A DNA stretch of 64,000 nucleotides from Candidatus Woesearchaeota archaeon (GTDB taxonomy: Archaea; Nanobdellota; Nanobdellia; Pacearchaeales; UBA284). The stretch lies in contig CAYNFE010000002.1 of NCBI GenBank assembly GCA_964396475.1, positions 40,306 to 104,305 on the forward strand, given 5' to 3'. The notes under the pieces are model-generated. The model was not told the DNA's origin. It searched no databases and saw nothing but the letters and a program-made list of their open reading frames with translations. The position numbers and the translations under genes were made by a program. This document shows, one piece after another, positions 46,024 through 54,704 of the stretch (position 1 is the stretch's first letter; each line of letters opens with the position of its first letter).

Positions 46024-46632
46024 ATGAAACAGGATCAAGAAAAAGTTTGGGATGCTGTTGCAGAAAAATGGCAGGAATATAAAGTTAAACCAACAAAAGA
46101 AGCAGTTGATTTTATTAAAAATAAGAAGGGGAAAATTCTTGATTTAGGTTGTGGCAGTGGAAGAAATTTTACTAAGACTAAAGGAACAATTTATGCAGTT
46201 GATTTTTCTCAGAAAATGCTAAAATATGCTAAAGAATATGCAAAAAATAAAAAATTTAATATTATAACAAAAAAAGCTTTTGCATCTAAACTTCCATTCA
46301 AAGATAATTTTTTTGATAGAGCTATTTTTATTGCTACTTTACATTGCATAGATTCAGAAAAGAAAAGGGAAAAAGTACTCAAAGAACTTTATCGTGTTTT
46401 AAAGCCAAAAGCAGAAGTTATGGTAGCTGTATGGGGCAAAAAACAAAAAAGACTAAAGAATAAGCCAAAAGAATGTATGATTCCTTGGACAATCAATAAT
46501 AAAAAATATTATAGATATACTTATATTTATAATAAACAAGAATTACAAGAAATCTTAGAAAAAGTGGGTTTCAAAGTTCTCAAAGCTAAGGAAGATAAAA
46601 ATATAATTTTTATAGTGAGAAAAATTTTATAA
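46024..46632 (+). CDS. class I SAM methyltransferase, Trm9/ALKBH8-like
   Basis: LDLGCGSGR, FDRAIFIATLH, ELYRVLKP, VW, MIPW, YRYTYIY..EL; start moved to ATG 46024. Confidence 0.8.
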   Translation: MKQDQEKVWDAVAEKWQEYKVKPTKEAVDFIKNKKGKILDLGCGSGRNFTKTKGTIYAVDFSQKMLKYAKEYAKNKKFNIITKKAFASKLPFKDNFFDRAIFIATLHCIDSEKKREKVLKELYRVLKPKAEVMVAVWGKKQKRLKNKPKECMIPWTINNKKYYRYTYIYNKQELQEILEKVGFKVLKAKEDKNIIFIVRKIL

Positions 46633-46654
46633 GTCCTATCATCTATTCATTTTT

Positions 46655-48400
46655 ATGGAATCAAAAGAACTGAAAAAGAAGTACATAGAATTTTTTAAGA
46701 AGAAAAATCATAAAGAAATAGTTAATGCTAGTTTGATTCCTGAACATTATCCTTCTGTTCTCTTCACACCAGCAGGAATGCATCCTCTTGTTCCATTCTT
46801 ACTTGGACAGCCACATCCTCAAGGTAAAAGACTTGTGAATGTTCAAAAATGTCTAAGAACAAGAGATATAGATGTAGTTGGTAATAATATACATCTTTCA
46901 TTCTTTGAGATGCTTGGAAACTGGTCATTAGGAGATTATTGGAAAAAAGAAGCAATTGAATATAGTTATGAATTTTTAACAAAAGTATTAAAGATAGATC
47001 CAAAAAAGTTTTATGTGACATGTTTTAAAGGGGACAAGAACGCAGAAAAAGATGAAGAAACAGCAAAAATCTGGTTCTCTATTGGAATTCCTAAAGAAAG
47101 AATCTACTTTTTAAGTAAGGAAGAGAATTGGTGGGGTCCTGCAGGAGAAACTGGGCCTTGCGGGCCTGATACAGAAATGTTTGTTGATACTGGAAAAGAA
47201 AAATGTGGAAAGAATTGTCGTCCAGGCTGCCCATGTGGAAAATATTTTGAAGTATGGAATGATGTTTTCATGCAATATAATAAGACAAAACAAGGAGAAT
47301 ATGAACCACTAAAACAGAAGAATGTTGATACAGGAATGGGAGTTGAAAGAACTGTTGCAATATTACAAGGAAAAAAATCTGTTTATGAAATTGAAACTCT
47401 CAAACCAATAATGGACAAGATCAAGGAGCTAGCGAGAATACAAGAGCCTGATAATAAACAATTAAAGTCAATGAGAATTATTACTGATCATATAAGAGCT
47501 TCTGTATTTATTTTAGGAGATGAAAATCCTGTTGTGCCAAGTAATTTAGATCAGGGCTATATTTTAAGAAGATTTATCAGAAGAGCTATGAGACACGGCA
47601 GATTTTTAAGTCTAAACAAGAATTTTATTCAAGAGCTGGCAAAAATTGTTATAAAAATCAACAAAGACTATGATTTAAAGAAAAAAGAAAAATTTATTCT
47701 AGATGAATTAAAGAAAGAAGAAGGAAAATTTCAAAAAACCTTAGAAAAAGGTCTTAATAAATTCAATAGAATGACTGTAAATAAGAAAATTTCAGGAAAA
47801 GAGGCTTTCTTGCTATTTCAGTCATTTGGTTTTCCTATAGAGATGACAAAAGAATTAGCAGAGGAAAAGAAGATTAAAGTAGATGAAAAAGGTTTCCAAG
47901 AAGAATATAAAAAACATCAAGAAATATCAAGAAAAGGAGCAGAAAAGAAATTCAAAGGAGGCTTATCAGATGCTAGTTATGAAACAACAAAACTTCATAC
48001 AGCTGCACATCTCTTATTGTATGCATTGAGAAAGATTTTGAATCCTAACATTATGCAAAAAGGTTCTAATATAACTCCAGAAAGAATAAGATTTGATTTT
48101 AATTTTGATAGAAAACTAACAGACGAGGAAATAAAAAAAATAGAAAAAATAGTTAATGATAAAATTAAGCAAGGAATTGATGTAGTTAGAAAAGAGATGC
48201 CTGTCAAAGAAGCAAAGAAGTTAGCGAAATCACCTTTTGAATATAGAACAGATACTGTTTCAGTTTACTTTATTGATGACTGCATTGAGATTTGTATGGG
48301 TCCTCATATTAAGAATACAAAAGAGTTAAGCAAGCTCAAGATAACAAAACAAGAATCTGTTGCAGGCGGAGTTAGAAGAATTAGAGCTGTTCTAGAATAA
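46655..48400 (+). CDS. alaS: alanyl-tRNA synthetase (short, no C-Ala domain)
   Basis: AGM, FFEMLGNWS, GPCGP, DTGMG.ER, DHIR, editing HTAAH and CMGPH, GVRRI.A at the end. Confidence 0.95.
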   Translation: MESKELKKKYIEFFKKKNHKEIVNASLIPEHYPSVLFTPAGMHPLVPFLLGQPHPQGKRLVNVQKCLRTRDIDVVGNNIHLSFFEMLGNWSLGDYWKKEAIEYSYEFLTKVLKIDPKKFYVTCFKGDKNAEKDEETAKIWFSIGIPKERIYFLSKEENWWGPAGETGPCGPDTEMFVDTGKEKCGKNCRPGCPCGKYFEVWNDVFMQYNKTKQGEYEPLKQKNVDTGMGVERTVAILQGKKSVYEIETLKPIMDKIKELARIQEPDNKQLKSMRIITDHIRASVFILGDENPVVPSNLDQGYILRRFIRRAMRHGRFLSLNKNFIQELAKIVIKINKDYDLKKKEKFILDELKKEEGKFQKTLEKGLNKFNRMTVNKKISGKEAFLLFQSFGFPIEMTKELAEEKKIKVDEKGFQEEYKKHQEISRKGAEKKFKGGLSDASYETTKLHTAAHLLLYALRKILNPNIMQKGSNITPERIRFDFNFDRKLTDEEIKKIEKIVNDKIKQGIDVVRKEMPVKEAKKLAKSPFEYRTDTVSVYFIDDCIEICMGPHIKNTKELSKLKITKQESVAGGVRRIRAVLE

Positions 48401-48407
48401 GAATAAA

Positions 48408-48638
48408 ATGAAAGAAGAAACTTTTGATGATCTGTTTGGAAAAACCTTAGGAATTAAATTATATGAAAAAGTAGATAATTTTGGCGGGAATCTAATCCAC
48501 AATACATCTTACCGATTACAAACAATTGTATCGATTAGTTATGGTTTTATAATAATACTTCCAACCACAATTTTTACATTAATAGAAGGTTCTTTAGAAG
48601 CTTTAGTAAAAAAATATTATGATAGTTATTCAAATTAA
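48408..48638 (+). CDS. small hypothetical protein
   Basis: ATG 7 nt after the alaS stop. Confidence 0.45.
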   Translation: MKEETFDDLFGKTLGIKLYEKVDNFGGNLIHNTSYRLQTIVSISYGFIIILPTTIFTLIEGSLEALVKKYYDSYSN

Positions 48639-49382
48639 ATTCTGTTGATTTAAAAATCCTATGATTGGAACTATAAATCTTGTCCACGCTGCCTGTTTTG
48701 TACTTTGAGCTATCTCTTCTAATAATATCCAACGTGGATTAACTGATACCTTAGTCTCATTCTGCTGTATTGTTAATAATGATTTCTTGTATGGTATTTT
48801 TACAATATTAATATGACCAAGATGATATGGACTTATGCCATCTTTTTCTTCTGGAAGATAAATCCAACCAAGATGTCTTACATATGTAAAATGATTTTGA
48901 ATTTTTACTTCCTCAGCAAGTTCTCTTGTATGAGTATCTTGAATAAGTAAAAAAGGATTGGGTATGGTTCCATTTTTTGTCCATTCGTTATACCTTATAT
49001 CTGAAATGTGTCCACCCCATCCAACATTAATCAAGCCTCCTAATTTTTCAGCTTTAAGAGATTTACCATCTTTAATATCTGAAGCAAAAATATATAATTT
49101 CTGAGCTTCTTTAGTTACAAATATACTATATGTTACTATCTGAAGTAGATGTTCTAGTTTTCCTGAATTTGTGTCAATGATATTTTTATCATAAAATAAA
49201 TTGTTGTTATCTTTTCCCGACTCAAAAGCTAATTTATATCTTTTATACATTTCTTCAAGGGAAATATAGCCTCTGTCTTGTTGAATTGGATTGGCTGGGT
49301 CACTTACAATACCATTAAACATATCTTCTAAATCTGGACCAAAAAGTGCTTTTTTTGGTAATACTAAAATTTGTTCTCCCAT
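48630..49382 (-). CDS. Nudix-superfamily putative phosphoesterase
   Basis: QIVTY, GWGGHI, RELAEEV, HLG. Confidence 0.6.
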   Translation of the reverse strand: MGEQILVLPKKALFGPDLEDMFNGIVSDPANPIQQDRGYISLEEMYKRYKLAFESGKDNNNLFYDKNIIDTNSGKLEHLLQIVTYSIFVTKEAQKLYIFASDIKDGKSLKAEKLGGLINVGWGGHISDIRYNEWTKNGTIPNPFLLIQDTHTRELAEEVKIQNHFTYVRHLGWIYLPEEKDGISPYHLGHINIVKIPYKKSLLTIQQNETKVSVNPRWILLEEIAQSTKQAAWTRFIVPIIGFLNQQNLI

Positions 49383-49452
49383 AGCATTTAGAAAAATAAA
49401 AAATATTTTATAAGTTTTATGCCATTTAATTATAACTTTTATAAAATAAGAG

Positions 49453-50019
49453 CTATTTTAGAATAACTTTCAAAAGCTCTGGGAATTCTATTGTACCCAT
49501 ATCATTTTGAGTATAATGACCATGATTTTTTAATTCAATTATTTTACCATCAATTGCTTCATGAAATATTTTAAGACTTTTCTTCCCATCTTCTTCTTCG
49601 TCATCTGCAGTAAACATTATAATTTCTCCTATTCTAGATTTAATAGTTAGATCTATATTGTATTCGTAAAGTGTGCTTCTCGGATCTTTTGCTGTGGGAA
49701 TTTTCCATGGAGCTACAAGAATTAATTTCTTAATTTGTTTTTTAGTTTCTCCAAGCCATCTAACAAGAAATGCACATCCACAACTGTGCCCGATAAGTAT
49801 TGTGTTCTCAGTAACTTTGTTCTTCTCAAATTCTTTTTTCCATTTCTTATATTTTGGTTTCCAAGGAGTAGGCATCAGAGGTGTAAAAATCTTGATTCCT
49901 CTTTTTTCTAATTGCTTCTTAGTCCAAGGAATCCAATGCTTATCATAAGTTCTCGTTCCTGGTAGTCTTGCTTCTTTTTTATTTGAAGGACAACCATGGA
50001 TTATAATACAATTAATCAT
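49453..50019 (-). CDS. RBBP9/YdeN-type alpha/beta hydrolase
   Basis: IIHG, HWIPW, GHSCG nucleophile elbow, LVAP, DD, GH; start at ATG 50019. Confidence 0.88.
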   Translation of the reverse strand: MINCIIIHGCPSNKKEARLPGTRTYDKHWIPWTKKQLEKRGIKIFTPLMPTPWKPKYKKWKKEFEKNKVTENTILIGHSCGCAFLVRWLGETKKQIKKLILVAPWKIPTAKDPRSTLYEYNIDLTIKSRIGEIIMFTADDEEEDGKKSLKIFHEAIDGKIIELKNHGHYTQNDMGTIEFPELLKVILK

Positions 50020-50020
50020 T

Positions 50021-52483
50021 TTATTCAATATAAATTGCTGGCTTTCCTGGTTTAGCTTTCTTTGCTTTCTTTTTTGGATCATGGGTTATCTTGTTAGTTG
50101 CTTGGAATTTTACATCACAGCCAAATTCTTTTTTAATTGATTGTTTTGTTAGTTCATATACAGAAAGTTCTTTAGGTATGACATAAATATAGATTGCTTT
50201 AGGTTTAGTTCCTGTTATCTTAATAATCTGTCTTATATCTTGTTTTAATTTTTCTTGTATCTCTTCTTCTTTTTCAAACTTTAGATTGATTTTTTTCTCT
50301 TCATGCTTTGGCCAAGATTCCAAGCTGATGAAAGTCTTATTCCATTGATGCCAAAGTTCTTCTGTTATATGCGGGCAGAATATATGTAATAATTTAAGGA
50401 AGGATCCTGCACTTTTCTTATCAATCTGGTTAGTGGAAAAATAATCAAATAATTTTCTGATTTTTATTACAGCAAGATTATATCTGAATTCTTTTATGTC
50501 TTGAGTTACTTCTTTTATTGTCTTATTAACCTTACTCTCTACTCTTAAATCTGATTTTTCAAATTTAAGTTTTATAAAGTAGTCCATAACTCTGTTAATA
50601 AATCTCAAGCTTCCCTCAACCCCTTTATCATCCCATTGAAAACCTTTGTCTGGAGATGCATTAGAGATAAGATAGAGTCTAAGAGAATCTGCTCCAAATT
50701 TTTTGACAGTATCTAAAGGATCAACAACATTTCCCCTAGATTTGGACATTTTCACACCATCTGAACCTAAAACAAGACCCTGATTGAATAAATTAATAGC
50801 AGGTTCACTAAAATCTAACAAACCAAGACTCTGCAAAAATAAAGTATAGAATCTAAAATAAAGAAGATGACTTGAAGCATACTCTGCTCCACCTATGTAC
50901 TGGTCAATAGGCATCCAGTATTTTACTTTTTTCTTATCAAATATCTTGCTCTTGTTTTTTGGATCACAGTATCGCAAGAAATACCATGATGAATTCACAA
51001 AGGTATCCATAGTATCTGTCTCTCTTTTTGCTTTTCCTTTACATTTAGGACAAGTCGTATTGACAAATGATTTATTAGTTTCAAGAGGATTTCCCTTACC
51101 AAATTTAACTTTTTCTGGCAATATTATAGGAAGATCTTTTTCAGGCACTGGAACAATACCACATTTCTCACAATAGACAATAGGAATAGGAGTTCCCCAG
51201 TATCTCTGCCTGCTGATAAGCCAATCTTTAAGCTTGTATTGAATAGTTAGTTTGCCTTTCTTTTTCTGTTCTAAGAATTTTGAAATTTCTTTTATAGATT
51301 TTTCACTGCTTAAGCCATTAAACTTACCTGAATTAACAAGAGTTCCATAATCAATAAATGCCTGTTTCATTGTTTTTTCATCTAGTTTTTTACTTTTCTT
51401 TGGCTGAATAACTACTCTTATAGGAATTTTGTATTTCTTGGCAAATTCAAAATCTCTTTGATCATGAGCAGGAACAGCCATTACCATTCCAGAACCATAT
51501 TCAGCAAGAACAAAATTACCTACATAAACAGGAACCTTTTCATTGTTAATTGGATTGACAGCATATTTTCCTATGAAAACACCCTCTTTATCCATCTTAT
51601 CAATATCTTCTTGTTTTATTCCCCTTAACTTACTAATAAAAGTCATGACTTCTTTCTCTTGTTTGGTTCCTTTGACAAGTTTAGGAAGCTCTGGATGTTG
51701 TGCGCTTATAACCATGAATGTTACACCAAAAATAGTATCTGGGCGAGTTGTGAAGATTGGCCATTTTTTTCCATCTATTATAAAGTCTATTTCTGTACCA
51801 TGACTCTTACCAATCCAATTTTTCTGCATTGTTTTTACTTTTTCATGCCATCCTTCTAACTTATCAATAGAGTCATAAAGTTTAGACGCATAATCTGTAA
51901 TTCTAAAAAACCACTGCTCCAAATGCTTTATCTCAACTTCAGTATCTTTATGACGCCAACACTTACCATCTTGAACTTGTTCGTTTGCCAGAACAGTTTT
52001 ACATCTAGGGCAATAATTAACTGGGGCTTTCTTTCTATAAGCTATGCCTTTCTTAAACATCTGTAAGAATATCCACTGGTCCCATTTGTAATAAGAAGGA
52101 TCATGACTACTAATTATTCTTGACCAATCATAACTTAAACCTAAGGCCTTCTGTTGCTTAATAAAATTAGAAATTGCTTTGTCAGTATATTTTTTTGGAT
52201 GAATGCCTACTTTAATTGCTGCATTTTCTGCAGGCAATCCTAAAGAATCATAACCTACAGGATATAAAACATTAAAGCCAAGCATTCTCATAAATCTTGT
52301 ATAAATATCCCCTATAGAGTATGCAAAAGCATGACCCATATGCAATCCAGTGCCAGAAGGATAAGCAAACATATCTAAAACATAAAATTTCTTCTTTCCC
52401 TTTTTCTCACTAACAACAAATATCTTTTTCTTTTCCCACTCTTTCTGCCACTTTTTTTCTATGGCTTGGAAATTGAATGCCAT
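50021..52483 (-). CDS. leuS: leucyl-tRNA synthetase (bacterial-type core)
   Basis: YPSG.GLHMGH, NWIGKS, TTRPDT, VPAHDQRD, SRQRYWG, KMSKS. Confidence 0.97.
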   Translation of the reverse strand: MAFNFQAIEKKWQKEWEKKKIFVVSEKKGKKKFYVLDMFAYPSGTGLHMGHAFAYSIGDIYTRFMRMLGFNVLYPVGYDSLGLPAENAAIKVGIHPKKYTDKAISNFIKQQKALGLSYDWSRIISSHDPSYYKWDQWIFLQMFKKGIAYRKKAPVNYCPRCKTVLANEQVQDGKCWRHKDTEVEIKHLEQWFFRITDYASKLYDSIDKLEGWHEKVKTMQKNWIGKSHGTEIDFIIDGKKWPIFTTRPDTIFGVTFMVISAQHPELPKLVKGTKQEKEVMTFISKLRGIKQEDIDKMDKEGVFIGKYAVNPINNEKVPVYVGNFVLAEYGSGMVMAVPAHDQRDFEFAKKYKIPIRVVIQPKKSKKLDEKTMKQAFIDYGTLVNSGKFNGLSSEKSIKEISKFLEQKKKGKLTIQYKLKDWLISRQRYWGTPIPIVYCEKCGIVPVPEKDLPIILPEKVKFGKGNPLETNKSFVNTTCPKCKGKAKRETDTMDTFVNSSWYFLRYCDPKNKSKIFDKKKVKYWMPIDQYIGGAEYASSHLLYFRFYTLFLQSLGLLDFSEPAINLFNQGLVLGSDGVKMSKSRGNVVDPLDTVKKFGADSLRLYLISNASPDKGFQWDDKGVEGSLRFINRVMDYFIKLKFEKSDLRVESKVNKTIKEVTQDIKEFRYNLAVIKIRKLFDYFSTNQIDKKSAGSFLKLLHIFCPHITEELWHQWNKTFISLESWPKHEEKKINLKFEKEEEIQEKLKQDIRQIIKITGTKPKAIYIYVIPKELSVYELTKQSIKKEFGCDVKFQATNKITHDPKKKAKKAKPGKPAIYIE

Positions 52484-52514
52484 GTTAAATTAAAGAATAA
52501 GATATTTTTAAATC

Positions 52515-53432
52515 TTAAGAAGTCACATATAAATCAGAATTTCTATCAATTAAGCTAGCTCCCATGCCTTTTCCAAACAAATAAGAGCGTTGTGACTGCA
52601 TGCTGAACAATAAGTCAAATAAACCTATCTCTCTTTTGTATTCCCTTATATTTGCCTTTATTTCTAATTGTTTTTCTATATAGTTTATTGCCTCTTCTTT
52701 TGTCCCTAACTCATCTACAAGGCCAAGATCTTTAGCTTCTTTTCCGAGATAAAACATTCCATCAGCTAATTCTCTTACTTGTTCTTCTGGCATTTCTCTG
52801 TTCTGAACAATTTCTTTTACAAAGTCTTCATAGATAATATCAAGCTTTTTTAAAATCATGTCTCTCTCTTCTTCTGTAAGCGCTCTAAAAGGACTCATGA
52901 CATCTTTATGTTCTCCTGATGTTAATTTTTCATAAGTAATATTATATTTCTCAAACAATCCAGAAAATTCCAAATATGATGCGATGACTCCAATAGAGCC
53001 TGTAAAACTTAAAGGATGAGCTATAATATGATCACAAGCAGATGCTATCCAGTATGCTCCAGAAGTTCCTTGCTCTCTTATTAATGCTACTGTCAATTTT
53101 TCTTTTCCTGCCTTCTTTACTGCTTCTGCTATTTCACTTGATGCAACAGCACTACCACCTGGACTGTTAATTTCAAAAATTATCGCCTTAATATTATCAT
53201 CTTCTATTGCTTGATCAATATAGGAAACAATTTCATCTGAACTTGCTGTTCTTTGGAACATGAAATCAAAACCTCCAGTTGTTGTGATTGTGCCTTCTAC
53301 AGAAATTAAAGCAACATTTTTCCCAAAATCCTTATTACCAATTAAAAGAGCTATTATTATTACAAAAGCAATGACAGCGATTATTATCCATAGAACAGTC
53401 CATTTATGTCCTATGCTTTTTCCTCTTTTCAT
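52515..53432 (-). CDS. sppA: signal peptide peptidase SppA (S49)
   Basis: INSPGG, SGAYWIAS, GSIGV, K, GLVDELG; N-terminal TM; start at ATG 53432. Confidence 0.92.
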   Translation of the reverse strand: MKRGKSIGHKWTVLWIIIAVIAFVIIIALLIGNKDFGKNVALISVEGTITTTGGFDFMFQRTASSDEIVSYIDQAIEDDNIKAIIFEINSPGGSAVASSEIAEAVKKAGKEKLTVALIREQGTSGAYWIASACDHIIAHPLSFTGSIGVIASYLEFSGLFEKYNITYEKLTSGEHKDVMSPFRALTEEERDMILKKLDIIYEDFVKEIVQNREMPEEQVRELADGMFYLGKEAKDLGLVDELGTKEEAINYIEKQLEIKANIREYKREIGLFDLLFSMQSQRSYLFGKGMGASLIDRNSDLYVTS

Positions 53433-53518
53433 AAATGTCTGAAAGAATTTGTTTTTTATAAATTTAATGATTATTTTCCTTAACAATAATATTTATAATA
53501 TATTTTTGACTTGAAATT

Positions 53519-54097
53519 TTGGCTAAGGAGAAAATGGGAAAAACTAGATATATTTCCAAAAATAAGTTAAGAGAAGTTCTTATGGAGCTTTCGCAAATTC
53601 CTATGGCTAATCCTCTTATTGAACTTTTTGCACGTGAAATAGACCCACAAACTACTATGTATAAAGAGGGAAGTACTTATTATACAAATAAACCTGATTA
53701 TAAAGATCATGAAATTTTTGGTAAAGTAAAAGAAAAGAATTTAGGTGTTGAAGTCGCACTAGCTCTTCGTCAACAAAATAACAAATTAAATTTGGATTTT
53801 TATTCTGGAGATATTAAAGAAGTGATGTCTACAGGTGAGAGAAATTCAGTTTTCTGTAATTATTTTTGTTATATTTCAGCTGGTTCTAAAGATACAGGAG
53901 TTTGGGCATATGGAAAAGGAGATCAAAAGACTCTTGGAATCTCAGTTCATTTTTATAGTGATATTAATTTACCTACAAAAAAAGGAAGATGGTTTTTTAA
54001 CCTGATGAAATGGTTTTCTCTAATATCTACTGAATTACATCTTGATATTCATGAACAACCTATTTTTTGGAATGGAGATAAAGAAAATCCCCCTTAA
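53519..54097 (+). CDS. hypothetical protein
   Basis: 192-aa ORF; start uncertain (TTG 53519 or the next ATG). Confidence 0.6.
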   Translation: MAKEKMGKTRYISKNKLREVLMELSQIPMANPLIELFAREIDPQTTMYKEGSTYYTNKPDYKDHEIFGKVKEKNLGVEVALALRQQNNKLNLDFYSGDIKEVMSTGERNSVFCNYFCYISAGSKDTGVWAYGKGDQKTLGISVHFYSDINLPTKKGRWFFNLMKWFSLISTELHLDIHEQPIFWNGDKENPP

Positions 54098-54133
54098 TTT
54101 CTAAATTATTTTATTTATCGAAACATTTAAAAA

Positions 54134-54169
54134 GTGTATATTCGTGTGTATACACATAAAGAATACACA
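54134..54169. promoter_or_regulatory. GTGTAT/ATACAC repeat cluster with 12-bp palindrome TGTGTATACACA next to a TATA box
   Basis: Palindrome at 54145-54156, extra half-sites on both sides, TATA at 54126. Confidence 0.5.
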
Positions 54170-54177
54170 AAATTAAA

Positions 54178-54330
54178 ATGTCAAATAAATATAATCTAAA
54201 TTTTGTAGGATATGATCAAACAATTTATAAATCAAAGCTAGATAATTATGATAATTCTTCTGAGGATCATCTAAATCATATAATTAAATGTTATCAAAAA
54301 GGGAATAGTATTGATTATACTCGTGTGTAA
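54178..54330 (+). CDS. small hypothetical protein (50 aa, MSNKYNLNFVG...)
   Basis: Read manually; stop lies 1 nt before the next ATG. Confidence 0.4.
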   Translation: MSNKYNLNFVGYDQTIYKSKLDNYDNSSEDHLNHIIKCYQKGNSIDYTRV

Positions 54331-54331
54331 A

Positions 54332-54703
54332 ATGATAGACTTATTTGATGAAATTGTAACATGCAGTCAGTGCGGTAAAAAAATGACTAAAAACAAGATA
54401 GTTAAGAATGGTTTTGAGATCAGAGTTCTTGAATGTCCTAAATGTAAGAAAAAGATTTATCATCCTGCTGACATTGAAGAATATAAAAGATTCAGTAGAT
54501 TAAAGCAAAGACCATTTTCTGTCAAATTAAGAATGGTTGGTAATAGTTATACAATAAGTATTCCTAGAGAAATAATTAATTTTCAAAGACAGATGCATAA
54601 AGAAATGGAAAAACATATGGATGACATGAATAAATTTGTAAGATTATGTATGGAAGGTCCTAAAAGAATATCTCTAAGTTTTGATGAAGAGGAGGAAGAA
54701 TAA
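54332..54703 (+). CDS. zinc-ribbon + AbrB/MazE-type DNA-binding protein
   Basis: CSQC...CPKC; KLRMVGNSYTISIPREI swapped-hairpin motif. Confidence 0.8.
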   Translation: MIDLFDEIVTCSQCGKKMTKNKIVKNGFEIRVLECPKCKKKIYHPADIEEYKRFSRLKQRPFSVKLRMVGNSYTISIPREIINFQRQMHKEMEKHMDDMNKFVRLCMEGPKRISLSFDEEEEE

Positions 54704-54704
54704 G

